Assembly: GCA_003971905.1 (NCBI GenBank)
Contig: RSEE01000088.1
Span: 248,001-298,760 of the forward strand
Origin: Moniliella sp. 'wahieum'
Taxonomy: Eukaryota
Direction: 5' to 3'
Length of the DNA: 50,760 nucleotides
Positions within the stretch are counted from its first letter, which is position 1; each line of letters starts with the position of its first letter. This document shows, piece after piece, positions 1 through 13,842 of the stretch. The position numbers were made by a program, and so were the translations under genes. The notes beneath the pieces are model-generated. The model had not been told where the DNA came from. It searched no databases and saw only the letters and a list, made by a program, of their open reading frames with translations.

Positions 1-545
1 CTTTCCCTGTTTCTTCCCAGCACCATGTCCTCTGTTCTTGCTTCTTCCCCACGAACGATTGCTACACCCCTTGGCCTAGTCCGATCCTGGTCTCCCTCGC
101 CTTAGCCCCGACTGTGACACTATTATACCAACTCGTGCGTTAGTACTCCTGCCTCAGAAAGCTTGAACGTGATGCTTAAGGATGCTGAAAATGACCTTAA
201 TGGCCTTCCTATGGCCGGATGGAAAAGGCCCCTGGACCTGTGACGGCGTTCTTCCCGTGAGCGACACGAGCATGAACGCCCACGGAGTCACTCTGAGGAG
301 ATCAGATAGATGATAGTACGCTAATATAATTAAGCCTCGTTTGGTACGCAATAGCTCCAGCCACTGCGTCTGTGCTGGCTGAGGCCGTCCCGCTGCCGCG
401 GCTGAAAGTTGAAATGCGTCAAGGGCGCAGCCATCCGGGAAACAATGCAATCCGGATCAAATTACCCCGCATCCTGCTCTGAATCCCAGAAACGGGTGAG
501 CTCGGGATCATCGATGACACTATGCAACCTGCAGGTGGGCTCGCC

Positions 546-555
546 TAGGGTTAGG
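546..555. promoter_or_regulatory. Internal telomere-like box TAGGGTTAGG upstream of RPL4
   Basis: 10-nt match to the TTAGGG repeat about 215 bp before the RPL4 ATG; a regulatory role is inferred only. Confidence 0.3.
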
Positions 556-769
556 AAGGCGCAATAAACATCCGCAGCGGGCAGGCGGCTCGTCTGTGGA
601 TGTTTCTATTCAGAACCCCTGCATGGCGCCTGTGTGGCTGCCCCCCTGTGGTTCGTCCCGACCGCCCCGCCGCTTTGGGCTTCCCACCCAACATCGACTC
701 GAGTGAGTATCGCGCGGCGTGCAGCTGTCCTGGTTGGTGGTCCTGACTTCTCTGTCTCCAGCCAGACTC

Positions 770-1886
770 ATGGCCTCCGTGCGACGATGTCAGTGTGCGC
801 GTGCTGACGGCAGCGCTAGCGGTGCGAGCCTGCCCTTGCCCCGCCGTCCTTACCGCGCCGATTCGCTCGGACGTGGTGCAGATCACCTACACAGGTGGCC
901 AAGAACAAGCGTCAGCCGTACGCCGTTTCGACCAAGGCTGGTCACCAGACCTCGGCTGAGTCGTGGGGCACGGGCCGTGCCTTGGCTCGTATTCCCCGCG
1001 TCGGTGGCTCGGGCACGCACCGTGCTGGCCAGGCTGCGTTTGGTAACATGGCCCGTGGCGGTCACATGTTTGCCCCCACCAAGGTGTGGCGCCGCTGGGG
1101 GTGAAGACCAACCAGAACCAGAAGCGGGTTGCCACCGCTTCGGCCCTGGCTGCGCGGCTGTCCGTCGCTGGTTCTTGCCCGTGGCCACCGCGTGGAGCAG
1201 GTGGCTGAGGTGCCCCTCGTTGTCCCCACCGAGGTCGAGTCCTACTCGAAGACCAAGGAGGCTGTCGCCCTCCTCAAGGCTCTGACGCGTACGATGACGT
1301 GCTCAAGGTGTCCAACTCGCGCAAGATCCGCGCTGGTCAGGGCAAGCTGCGCAACCGTCGTCACGTCCAGCGCCGTGGCCCCCTTGTGGTCTACAACGAA
1401 GACAAGGGCATCTACCGTGCCTTCCGCAACCTTCCTGGTGTGGAGCTCGTGTCGGTTCACCGGCTCAACCTTCTCCAGCTCGCGCCTGGTGGTCACCTCG
1501 GTCGCTTTGTGATCTGGACGGAGGCTGCCTTTAAGCAGCTTGACTCGATCTTTGGCACGTACGACGCTGCCTCGGCCCAGAAGAAGGGCTTTGTTCTGCC
1601 CCGCGCCAAGATCACCAACACGGACGTGTCGCGCCTGCTTGCGTCGGAGGAGATCCGGGCTGTGCTCCGTCCTGCCGGCCCCAAGGCGACCAAGCGTCCC
1701 TTCACCCAGAAGAAGAACCCGCTGCGCAACAAGTTCGTCATGGACCGCCTCAACCCTTACGCTAAGGTTCAGCGCAAGATTGGGCTGAGATTCGTGCTGC
1801 CAAGGCGGCTGGCACCTACAAGCCGGCTGCCAAGCCTGCCAAGCTGGCTCTCAACCCAAGTTCCTCGAGTTCTTCACGCTCCCTAA
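770..1886 (+). CDS. RPL4: 60S ribosomal protein L4 (uL4); several apparent 1-nt sequencing frameshifts; probable 5'UTR intron at about 703-761
   Basis: Fragments give [75 protein letters not shown] and KKNPLRN. ATG at 770. GTGAGT (703), CTGAC (743) and CAG (761) lie upstream. Confidence 0.96.
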
Positions 1887-3629
1887 ACGGGGCTCGACCG
1901 TCGATGTTTGTTGGGAACTCTGATCGTTGCTCGCACTTCGCCCAAGCAGAGGTTTTGGTGTGTGCCAGCTTGTCTGGTACGCTGTGCTGTGCCTACGGTT
2001 CTCATGGGTTGATTTGAGCCTAGTGCATTTTGTATACACAATCTTACCAAAAAACTTGAGGATTCTCCTCTCTTATGCCTACCCTAAACCCCTCATCTCG
2101 ATTGCCCATCTTCTCATTATGTGCTCAGATATATACGCTCTCCCCTGGGCAATCTGTGGCGGTTGTAGGTGTGACTTGTACTGCTATAACTCAGTTCGGT
2201 TTTGATGCCCGGTATCTTGAAGGGTCTGGATAGGTTCTGTTTTGATGCAACCTAAAATAATGGGACGCTAGATTGCTCGGACGCGCGGAGCACAGTTTCA
2301 TCCATTTGATGGGATCGTTGCAGTGGTTTCGCTTATGCAGATTTAGATTCGAGACAATGCCTAGCCGCATTCGCTCGTGCCGGCGGCAGAGGAATGTGAA
2401 GCTTTTGTGAAGCTGATAAAGCTTGAAGCTTATGAAGCTTCGTCTTCTCAAGCTTCAAAAAACCCTTGATGTGGTGCGCGCGAGCAACTCGTGGCGCATC
2501 CATTTCCGTGAGAAGCTAACTCTCTTGGCGCAATGTGGAGACGACAATGATCAATGAGGCGCGAAGGGAGCGATGTAGTGCCAAGGCGAATGACTCATGC
2601 CGCCGAATTCGAGGGACGTTCTGTGGTCTTGGCGCTTGCGCGCTGGTGGGGGAACTTGATTGTGGCGGGCGTGGACCGTGTGCTACGAGGGTGGTTGGGC
2701 GTACGTTGACCCCATCTGCAATGAGCGTGAGCGATTGCATGTGAGCGCGTGGGCGCATATGATCGATGATCACAGCAGTGTGGTGTTCCATCAAGATGGG
2801 CATATGAGGCGTAAGGCATGCGCGGCAGCTGTGGGTTTGGGCGCGCGATGCTATCGGCTGGACGCATCCGCTTGCCTTATTTTGGCCTTTACTTTTGCTC
2901 GCCAGAGCAGTCCTGATAATCGATAAGGCCCACTCAGGCCGACTATGTACCAGGGCCTAACCAAGTCCTAAAGCTAAAACGTCGAACCTAAACCGGTGGC
3001 CTGGGTCAGAACGACCGAGTTGCCATTCGGAGGAAGAGGGGAAGAAGCGGCATAGAATGGACCCAGTTTTCTGTTAGCCCGCCAGCGCCCTGCCAGGCAC
3101 ATGCGCACGTGGGCGCAGGCGGATATTAGTGTTTCCGCAGGCGTGCGGCTGCCGCGGCGTGGCGATTAACGATTGGATGCCTGGCTGCCCGCAGGAGATA
3201 ACCGATCGATAGTCGATGGGCGCTACAGCACGTCCCTCCACACCGGCGTCGTGCGCAGCTGCCACGGCGAGGCTCGGCACAAGCTGCGCAAACGCCGCAC
3301 TCGGCGGCTGCGGGCTGGGGAGGAGTGCGCACGGCGCCAGTGTGTGACGCATGCGGTGGGGGAGGCCGAGGAGCGGTGTTGGGGCGGGCGGGACCGCGGG
3401 GACAGCGGACTGCGGTGCTGCGCTGCGCCTCGGGGGGTCCAGGCACTGCGGTGCAGCGCCCTGCAGCAGCACCGCCACCCAGTGCCCCCACGCGTGCGCC
3501 GGAGTATTTCGCAGCGCACTTAGTGCTTGACCCAGTCGACCAGTCACCAGTGCTCTGTAGCAGCAGCCCCTCTGCCCAGCCTCTGTCCCTCCCTTAGTCC
3601 TCCTCCCCCACCACCCCCCCGCCTTCTCC

Positions 3630-5336
3630 ATGGCCCAGCAGCTCTTGGACCAGCCATCCGCATCCGCCGCCTCCCCCCCCTTCAGCCCGCTCGGTCTTGT
3701 CCAGGCCAGCCACGCCCCCAGCGCCAGCCATGCCCCCCTCCCTCCCGCCGCCCCCTCGCCCTCCGACAGCCTCGGGCCCATGACCCCCGCCAGCGCCCTC
3801 GTCCTCATCGGCCTTGCCAAAGCGTCCCCCTCCGCCTCGCCGCTGCCCCCCCTGCCTGCGTCCTCGTCCCCCGCGTCCGCCGGCCTCCCAGCTCGGCCGC
3901 TCCAACGGTCGTCGGCGTGCCTCCCTCGTCGCTGCACAGCACCAGTGATGCCGAAGACCCCGCCACCGACGTGGAGATGGACGACCTGGCCAGCCTCCCT
4001 CCGCTAGACCCTGCTGCGCTGATCCACATGCCCACCCTGGCATCCCAGCCTCCCAGCTCCGCAGGCCGCTCGATATCCCCATCGCGCTGAGCCGCACCGG
4101 CCTCAGCGCCATCAGCCCGCCCTTGGCGCCTGCCATGGGCCGTGTTGGGCCACCCCACTACTTTATGCGCTCTCCTGCCCTCGCCGCTGCGCTCTCCCCC
4201 GCCCTTGCCGCCTCAGCTCCTGCCCTCATTACCTCGGCCGCTTCGATCAGCGCTGCTTCTCATCCCAACCAGAGTGCTGTCCCTCCCAGTCCGTTGTTGA
4301 CTTCGATTGGCACAGTGGATGCTACGCCGGCACTCTCTGAACCGGACCTGATCCCGACCAAAGATGGGCGGGAGGAAGTGATCCCTTCTGATGGCCCTCT
4401 CTCGGGCCCCTCGGTCGAGGCTCTCCGAGCCTTGGCAGCCGGTTCCGGGAAGCAGGCTGCGGCGGTGCGTGCCAAATATGGTCGGGAAAAACGACAATCG
4501 ATTGCCCAGGGCCGGCGTGCCGGCAAGTTCTTGTCCTTGTCGGCCGAGGAACAGACGGACTTGTTTGCCTCGATTGGCAAGGCGAAAAAGCGCACCGTGT
4601 CGGACGCCAACAAGCTCCCACTCTCAACGGGGCGCCGCGGGATCCCGCGCCCACTCCCGACGCTGGAAGAGCTGCAGTCGATCCAGGAGGAAGTTCGTAG
4701 GCGTGATCAATGGCGCTCCTTTGGCTTGATCAACGATGAAGTCGAGTCGGACTCGGGCGACCGGCGACCCAACCTAAAGCCTGCCAAGGGCAAAATGCTT
4801 CGCTCGATTCCTTGTCTGTTTGTCGCCGACATTGGGCTCGCCCTCCCCTTTTATCGTGAAATCCTTGGCTTTGTCAACGTGGCCAAACCGGAGAAACATA
4901 TGGCCATGATCAGCCGCACCCCGACTGGCCGCTCCATCCTTCGCGGCGGGAAGAAGGTGTGCAGATCTTGCTCCGGACCTCATTTGGTTCTTATGGCCTG
5001 GCCCCTGGCGCTACGCCCTCGGATGCTCCGCGGCTGGTACCGACAGCACTCTGGATTGAGGTGGAAAGTGTGGACGAGATCTTTGATGAGATTTATGTCA
5101 AGTGCAGGAAAACGGATCCGGTCGAACACAGCTACTTCCCCATGCTTTCCTTTGGCAAGGCCCAACTCCTTGGCCGCACCCAAAACACACCCTTTGGCAC
5201 GCGCGAGATCCGCGTTCACGATCCAGATGCCAACATACTTATCTTTTTCCAAGAGCTGCGCCCTGAACCGCCTCTGCCGACCGACACCAAGGTTCGCGGC
5301 CCCCTTCCGTCCGCGCTTCCGCGGACGTGGTCGGCG
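3630..5336 (+). CDS. Long Pro/Ser/Ala-rich N-terminus fused to a C-terminal VOC (glyoxalase/bleomycin-resistance-like) domain; frameshifted; 3' end uncertain (GTAAGC donor at 5337)
   Basis: Joined ORF pieces 3630/3527/4123/4959. VOC motifs SIPCLFVADIGLALPFYREILGF, LWIEVESVDEIFDEI and TPFGTREIRVHDPDANILIF. Confidence 0.7.
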
Positions 5337-5774
5337 GTAAGCTGCTCTTATTTACTCTTCTTGCTCTCTGCTTGCTTGCATACTTGCGCGTCGCACACCA
5401 CTTTGATACGTATCCGCCCCGCTACCTAATGGCATCATCCTCCCCCAACTCTAGGTGGTGAGAGGCTATGAACTCTTCCTCTGGCTGTACCGTCCTTGCT
5501 GTACCCCCGTATTGCCCGACTCATGCTGGCCATGGCCACTCTTTCTTGCTTGTTACTTGAATCGCATTTTGTTGTCCTCCTCTCAACCCCGCTCCAGATC
5601 TCCCAATAAGGTGCGACTACAACTACACATGTATGCATGGGTAATGGCATTTCCGGCACAGTTAAGGCAAACATGAGGTGATAGTTCCAAAGCAGGCCCG
5701 GCGACTGAAGACCATCGCAGGCAGGAGGGGGGGAAGCGGCACAAAGAGGAAAAGACGAACGGGAGGGGGGAGAA

Positions 5775-7614
5775 TCAAGTTCGTCGCCGCTTGATCACGC
5801 GCCGAATCCGAGCCAGGTCATCTTCGACCTGGGCCGGCTCGGCCGGGGCCAAGGAGGCAAGCGACTTGCGCTCTTCCCACTTGAGCCGGCCTGCCACGCC
5901 CGCTGCGACGGTCGCGGCTAGCACCGACGCGGGCGCATGCGTACCCGCAGCAAACGATACCGTCTGTCCCGCCGCCGCGCCGTCGGGCACCTCGTTGGCT
6001 GTGTCCGCTGTGGTAGCTATCGTTGCCGCACGCGGTTTCTTGCCCCCTTGACCACGGCCCTTGCCTCCATGCGCGCCAGGGCCAACAATGATCACGCCCT
6101 GGTCACTGACGCGGCCATCCAGAAGGCCGTTCATCACCCCACCACCGCCAAAGGGCGTTCCTGCTTCTCCTCCCAACCCAAGCAGGTCGAGGACAGTGGC
6201 CGGGTCCAAGCGCACACCGCAGGGTCCGCGGTCCAGCCCACCCAGTGCATCTTCCACGTTTTCTTCGTCGCCTTTGATCGTCTGTTCGTCGGTCGCTGCG
6301 CGCTTGGAGCTCCCCTGGCAGTGCCTTTCTTCTTCCGGGCCCGAGGCAGAGGACTGAACCGAGGCGCTTGTAGCGCCGGACGGAATGGGACGATCAAATT
6401 GCAGCCCCAATCGGCCGGCAGTGACGAGGATGAAAATGTCCGAAGGTGAAAAGCCCAGTTTGTCCAGCAGGCCCATTCCTTTGGTGGCCAGGCCGAGGGG
6501 ACCCGTGCCCGGATTGATCCCTTGCCTGGGCCCGACGACCGGGGCCAGATCGGGGGTGTGGGTGCCCTCGTCATCTGGTGCGGCACCGCGATTGGTTCGA
6601 GCCTTGCGCAGGTTGCGCGTCGCGTGGCTCCGCTGGGATTGGTCCGCCGACGCATCGGGAAAGCCATCATGTTTCTTCTCGTCGGCGTAGAGCGTGCGCT
6701 GCTCTTCGATCTGAAGCAAGATCTTGCTCTTGGCCCGGTCGGTAGCCAGCTGCGCCTCCTCGTCCCATCGCGCCAAGTCGGCCTCCACCTGCACCTGCAC
6801 CTTGTCGAGCAAGTACTGGTGGAAGAGCTGGGCGTGAGAAAGCAGAGTGTCCCGCTTGATGGTTAATTGGGCCGCTGCCAACTGGTATTCTCGATCGAGT
6901 GACGGCGTGAGGGTCAGCGTGTCTTGCTGCTCGTTTACCGCCTTGTTCAGCTCCGATGCATACCTGCACGCCCCAACCCAAGTCAGATAACATGTAGCAA
7001 CGAGGCACACAACAGGCTCAAATCAACGTACCACTCGCGTTCCGCGCACGCGTCTTGGTGTTGCCGTTCGATGCGCCCCAAGACCTCGCGCCGCTTCTGG
7101 TGCTTCTTGCTCTCCATCAACGCGGCCGGAGCTGGTACGGGAGCCGGCGCCCCGGCGCCCGACGTGGTCGCAGGTACCTTTCCGGCTGCTGTCTTGCGCT
7201 TGCGAGGCCTGGCCGGCTTATCGGCGCCGCGGCGGGCGGGGTGGGGCTTGGTCCCCATGGACGGGGCCGAGGGGGCGCCGGGCGGAGCGGGGCCGGCGTC
7301 GGGGCCAGCACCGCGCCCGGGGGCGGGGGGGCGGCGGACGAGCCGGGCCGTGCGGCAGGCACACCGGGCATGGCATAATGCTCGACGTACGCGGGCGGGG
7401 GGTAGCGTGGGTCGGAGGGCGGGAGGCCGGGCGCAGGCGCACGCGGCATGGCGGGCACGCCCCAGGGCGGAGGCGGCGCGTACTCGGGCAGCGGGTAGGC
7501 GGGCGCGTAGCCGGCGGCCATGCTGGCGCCGGGCGGGAGCGCAATGGGCATGTAGGGGCGCCCGGGCGGCGGCGCGGGCGGGCCAGAGCGTGGGTACGAG
7601 TCGGCCTGCAGCAT
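5775..7614 (-). CDS. Sds3-like subunit of the Sin3/Rpd3L histone deacetylase complex; intron 6964-7031
   Basis: ESKKHQKRREVLGRIERQHQD followed by a coiled-coil segment (REYQLAAAQLTIKRDTLL...RWDEEAQLATDRAKSKILLQIEEQR) resembling the Sds3 family. GTACGT/CTGAC/CAG intron; Pro/Tyr-rich N-terminus. Confidence 0.65.
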
Positions 7615-7874
7615 GCCTAAGAGCAGGAGGAGTACTAGGACGAGTATATCAGTGCCCACGCGATACTTACTCGTGCTCAAGCTACGCTCCCTCCGCTCAA
7701 CGCCGCCCCCCACTATCTGCTTCCGCCCGGCGCGCCATTCCGCCCGCCGCCCCGCGCTCCCGCCGGCACAGCAGCTGTGTGGTGCGCATTACTAATTCCG
7801 CAGCCTGCCTCGCCTGCCCGCCCGCTGCCGCCCGCCGCTGCCCCCCCCACCATCCCCCCCCCGCCGCACGCGCC

Positions 7875-8478
7875 ATGTTCAGGACAGCCGTTGCGCGCCT
7901 CGCCCGCTCCTCCCCGCGCTGCGCCGTGCAGAACTTCCCCACCATCCCGCAACCGCCTCCGGGTCGCCTGCGTCTCAGCACCGACATCACCGGCCTCGCC
8001 GTCGAGTCGGCGCCGCTCGAGCAGCTGGCCAATGTGTATGCCGAGACGAGCCGCTTGCTGACCAAGCTGCCCGCCACCTCGGTCTACCGCCAGTCGGTCG
8101 CCGCCCTTACAGAGCACCGTGCCCAGCTCGTCGCCGACTCGCTCAACGCCCCGAACAAGCCGGCGGAGCAGCAGGCCACCCTCGAGGCCACAGAGGAGAC
8201 CATCAAAGCCTTTGAGACCAAGCTTGGTGCGGGACTGGTTGAGCAGGTGCTCAAGCAGGCTAAGAAGGAGCTTGGCTTGGCCGCCAAGATGATCGAGTGG
8301 CAAGCGTATGTGTTTTTTTTCTCTCTCTTCGACTTGGGGTTACGATCGGTGTGGTACTGACATTGTGGCTAGGCATGAGCCTCTCGACGTGGTGCCTCCT
8401 CCTGGACAATGGGAATATTTCGATGTTACTCACGAAATGGCGAGGCTGGCCACGTCAAACTCACCAAGCCCCTCTTGA
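7875..8478 (+). CDS. NDUFA5: NADH:ubiquinone oxidoreductase accessory subunit NDUFA5 (B13/NUFM); intron 8306-8372
   Basis: Presequence MFRTAVARLARS, then STDITGLAV...LPATSVYRQSVAALTEHR...GAGLVEQV...ELGLAAKMIEWQA. Exon 2 splices in frame to HEPLDVVPPPGQWEYF. Confidence 0.92.
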
Positions 8479-9718
8479 GCTTTGCTGGAAATGGATACGC
8501 GCATGCCCCAATCACCTTCTCCCGCCTGTCTTGCCCCCATTCGCAGTATCTCTCTTTTCACGTGTTCTCCCCCATGCAGCTCAAACCAAAATTATCCGGC
8601 AGCAAGCCATGAGCGCCAGGATGCATTTTGGAAGTTGGGAGGGGGGTGTTTATGAGCTGGCAATAAAACCGGGGAGACGGTACTAGGTACCGAGGGCCCT
8701 ACCAACTTGAGAAAAGCATGTGGGGGGGCACTCTTGACGGCAGTAGTGAAGTGGTGGTGCTTTAAGCCACACGGACCTAGACGAGGTAACTGAAGGGGAG
8801 ATAATTGGGGACGCAGCCATATTTGAAACCTGCGAACTGCTAGGTCCTGGTGCGGAGTCGACGGAACGAGGCGCGGAGACCGTGGTAGTTGGATGCGAGA
8901 TCAGGCGAAACAGCGAACGCGATTTGAAGAGGTAACAACATGCTGGTATAGGATGGTAGGCGCCTGAAGGAAATATATTCATGGTACTGTCCGGGCCAGG
9001 TTCTCAGCTCGTAAGCTCACGGCTTGAGCCGCAACAGAGAAAGGCAGATACAGTGCTTCGGTACTAGGGACCTGTGTGGGAACTATAGGCACTAATACCT
9101 TACACGACAAATGATTCGTCTCTTAACCGTGTGGCTTGTGACCAGCTTGGCCTCATCAGCTCTTCACACAGGTATGCGCGCACCCTGACGATTCACAGTC
9201 CTGCTAGGACACCGCTGGGGCACCAATCAAGAACCCTGTTTGTCATTCGTCGGGGCGATGACTTTGGACGCGTTCAGGTCACCGGTCACCGTCTGACTTG
9301 ACGTCAGCAAGACTCTATGGAAGAGATGATCGAAGTGCATGGTATGTATCGAGCCATATACGGTACCAGATTGAGGAAGCGGGATCATTGTTGTAGTGAC
9401 TCTTCCTCAGTCAGCTGAGGTGTGGCAGGCGGGCGGCGATCAAGCCGTTTCATAACTTGTAGAGAGAAGTAAGAGAACTGAGGGTGGTGTTCACCAGGAA
9501 AGTATTATAAGCGGATTGGTACAATATGCAGGAGAGGGGGAAGACAATAACAGAAGAGCTGGTACATGGGCCATCAGCCATAGGACTTAGGTTTGATTTG
9601 ATCTACGTGGCTGCGCTGGTGGGTTGCGCTCGAGTCAGTTCGGATAGTCCATGCTATGATCTAGGAACTGTACGAACCCCAAGCGCAAAAAAGCTACGGT
9701 AAAAACGAGGGGAGCCTA

Positions 9719-10918
<1,200 letters not shown>

Positions 10919-10919
10919 T

Positions 10920-11029
10920 GTGAGAGGTGAGGAAGAGTGAGGAAGAGGGGGTGGAGTGGTGGAGTGGTGACGAGGCGAGGCTCTGGTAGAAAGAAGTTGA
11001 ACGGGGGGGCAAGAAGACTGGCTTATATA
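10920..11029 (-). promoter_or_regulatory. GAPDH core promoter: TATATAA (11023-11029) followed by a CT-rich tract
   Basis: The minus strand reads GGTATATAAGCC, then pyrimidine-rich sequence to the ATG, the usual layout of fungal gpd promoters. Confidence 0.7.
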
Positions 11030-12543
11030 CCTCAGGGAACGCGTGGGGGACCTGCCGGTTAGGCGATGCGGGTTGCTGAGGATGCGCGGCAGCGACTGGA
11101 AGCTGAGCTGGGCGTGTCAGGGCAGCTGTTGAGCGCTGGCGTGGGTGGACTGAGGCGTGGGGCCTGACGCTTGCCGCCGCCCAAACCGTGGGCAGCGGAG
11201 GGTTTGATTCTGGGAGGGTGGATGTGCTGGTGCAATATTCCGGGTGCTCTGGCTCAGCGCTGCTCAGCGTGAGGGAGCGCAGATGCACAGATGGGTCAGG
11301 CCTCAGGGGGGGAGGATGTGCTGAGAAGGGTGGAGCGGGGCGTGCGTGAGCTTGCCCCATGCGCGTCGAGCACGACGCCCGGCCGGAGGCTGCTGTGGCA
11401 CGGGGGGTGTTCGCCTGAGTTTGGACGGGTTGTTCTGCACGTGTTCGGCGGGTTGTGAGTGCTGGGTTTCCCAGCGCCCAGGCTGAGCTGAGATCGGAGA
11501 CTTAGCAGGTGCGGACCAGCGCCAGGACAGTTCCGAACCAAGACGATCCATCGTCACCTGCTGGAAGGGAGAAGACGGGGCTAGTGCACAGGTGGTGCTC
11601 TGTCGCGGGGCGCCTGGGGCAGGATGATGCATGTGTGATGCTGCATGCATGAGCGCATGAGCTGCCTAAACGCGCGTGTGCTGCAGTGCCTGCGGGCGCG
11701 CTGTGCCGTGCGGTGCCGGGGAGCGTTTGGTTTGGCGCTGTGGCCTGGGTGGGGTGGTGCGCGCTCGAGCCACTTTTGCACCCAGCGAGTTTCAAATTTC
11801 ACTGCCAAATGCCGCCCCTGGGCCCGAGCGCTCCAGTGGCCCAGCCACCAGCAGCACCTTCTACCAGCATTCACAGCTGCGCTTCCGCCTGGCCAAAGGT
11901 GTGCACATGAGCCACTCCAAACGACCACGCTTCACCAGTGTCCATGTCAGCAAACACAGTGGTACGCAGGCTACGCTCCCATGGCTCACAACATGCCCTG
12001 CTCGACGCTCGGGCCCAACAGCAGCAAGCATCTCCCCCGCCCATCTCACGCTTCCACGCATCATCCATCCCTCCAAGTGCTCGCAACTGCCCTGCCCCCC
12101 CCCCATCTCCCGCTTACATCACCAACTTTCGGTGGGTTCTGGCTTAGCGCTTATTCCAACCCAACAATCCCCCTCCTGACGCTGTAGCAGCCTCTCCTCC
12201 CGCGCTGCCCACTCGGGAAGGCAAGGTGGTATCGTACAAAAGATCAGGCGAGTTATTCGGTAGCAGCGCGTCATCAGCGTAGGATTGCAAGCAGGCCAGA
12301 CCATGTCGGCACGAGTGAACGTTGAACTGGCGATGAGATGGAATGCGTTAAAAGGAAGGCACAGTGTGTGGATATGGGTGAGGACATTCAGATGAGATTC
12401 GCAATGGGATTCCGAGGGAGTGGGCAGGGAGAGAAGAAAAAAGGGAAGAAAGATTGCAACCTCCAGACCCTGCAATGAATGGCCCGCGAGGCGTGAGGCC
12501 CAAAGCAACGCATCGTTGACCACCCCAAGCTCAATCAGCCATT

Positions 12544-13842
12544 TCAGAGACTGCCCTTGGCGGCAGCCTGGACGGCAGCAGCCGCCGCCTCGTCCAGACC
12601 GTCAAAGGAGTAAATCTTCAAGCCCGACTCCTTGATCATGGCCTTGGCCTCCTTCTCCTTGGTGCCTTGCAACCGCACAACAAGAGGAACCGACAGCTCC
12701 AATTCCTTCGTGGCCTGGATGATACCGTCGGCAATCACGTCACAGCGCATAATGCCACCAAAGATGTTGACAAAGATGGCCTTGACCTTGTCCGAGCGGA
12801 GAATGATCTCAAACGCCTTCTTGACTGCCTCGGCCGTCGCACCACCACCGACATCGAGGAAGTTGGCTGGGTCCCCACCCTTGAGCTTCAGCACGTCCAT
12901 CGTGGCCATGGCAAGACCCGCACCGTTGACGAGGCAGGCAATGTTGCCGTCGAGTTGGATGTAGTTGAGGCCCACCTCAGCCGCCTCGACTTCCGCCGCG
13001 TTCTCCTGCGACACGTCGCGCTGGGCAAACACGTCGGCCTGGCGGAACTCGGCATTGTCATCAAAGCCCAGCTTGGCGTCCATGCAGAGCACAGCCCCGT
13101 CCTTGGTCTCCGCAAGAGGGTTGATCTCGACCTGCGTAGCGTCCTTCTCCTCAAAGAGCTTGTACAGGTTGACAAAGATCTTGGCAGCCTCCTTCTCCTG
13201 CTCGGGGCCGGTGAAGCCGAGCTTGTGCGCAATCTCGAGCGCCTTGGCATCGGTCAGACCCTCCTTAAAGTCAATCGGCGTGGTAATGATCGCATCGGGG
13301 TTCTCCTTGGCCACATCCTCAATCGACATACCGCCCTGGTTGGAGGCAATGAGCACGGGACCCTGCGTGGCACGGTCATTGAGCAGCGCAACATAGTACT
13401 CGTGCAGGGGCGCACGCGCCTCGGCAATGACCACCTTGTTGCAGATGCGACCGTCCTTGCCAGTCTGCTTGGTGATCAGGTTGGCACCAATCATTTGCGA
13501 CGCAAGCGTCTCTGCCTCGGCCGGGTTCTTGAGCAGATGCACACCGCCTTGGAGGCCATTGTCAAAGTGGCCCTTACCACGGCCGCCGGCCAACACCTGC
13601 GCCTTGATCACAGAGCCCTGCGGGAACTTTTCGGCAGCAGCCTTGGCCTCAGCGGGAGTGGAGGCAGGAGCAAACTTGGGCGTGGGCACGCCATACTTGT
13701 TGAGGATGTCCATAGAGAGGTACTCGTGCAGGCTCAGGTTGCGCACCTGCTGGGCCGCGACAGGCGCGGTGCGAGCAGCAAAGCGGGAAGAGACGGCGAC
13801 GCGGGCAGCAGCACGCAGGGGGGCAGTAGCAACAGCACGCAT
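12544..13842 (-). CDS. LSC2: Succinyl-CoA ligase beta subunit, mitochondrial; intronless
   Basis: Intact ORF: presequence ending QQVRNLSLHEY, VIKAQVLAGGRGKG, EINPL, GNIACLVNGAGLAMATMD, PANFLDVGGG, VNIFGGIMRCD, VVRLQGT. Confidence 0.98.
   Translation of the reverse strand: MRAVATAPLRAAARVAVSSRFAARTAPVAAQQVRNLSLHEYLSMDILNKYGVPTPKFAPASTPAEAKAAAEKFPQGSVIKAQVLAGGRGKGHFDNGLQGGVHLLKNPAEAETLASQMIGANLITKQTGKDGRICNKVVIAEARAPLHEYYVALLNDRATQGPVLIASNQGGMSIEDVAKENPDAIITTPIDFKEGLTDAKALEIAHKLGFTGPEQEKEAAKIFVNLYKLFEEKDATQVEINPLAETKDGAVLCMDAKLGFDDNAEFRQADVFAQRDVSQENAAEVEAAEVGLNYIQLDGNIACLVNGAGLAMATMDVLKLKGGDPANFLDVGGGATAEAVKKAFEIILRSDKVKAIFVNIFGGIMRCDVIADGIIQATKELELSVPLVVRLQGTKEKEAKAMIKESGLKIYSFDGLDEAAAAAVQAAAKGSL

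Noticed and set aside
2397..2457. GAAGCTT cluster as a heat-shock element or CRISPR-like array
   Set aside because: The units do not form three contiguous alternating nGAAn pentamers, and there is no repeat-spacer structure or cas gene.
8683..8982. 99-aa minus-strand ORF between NDUFA5 and GAPDH
   Set aside because: No recognisable domain or splice support.
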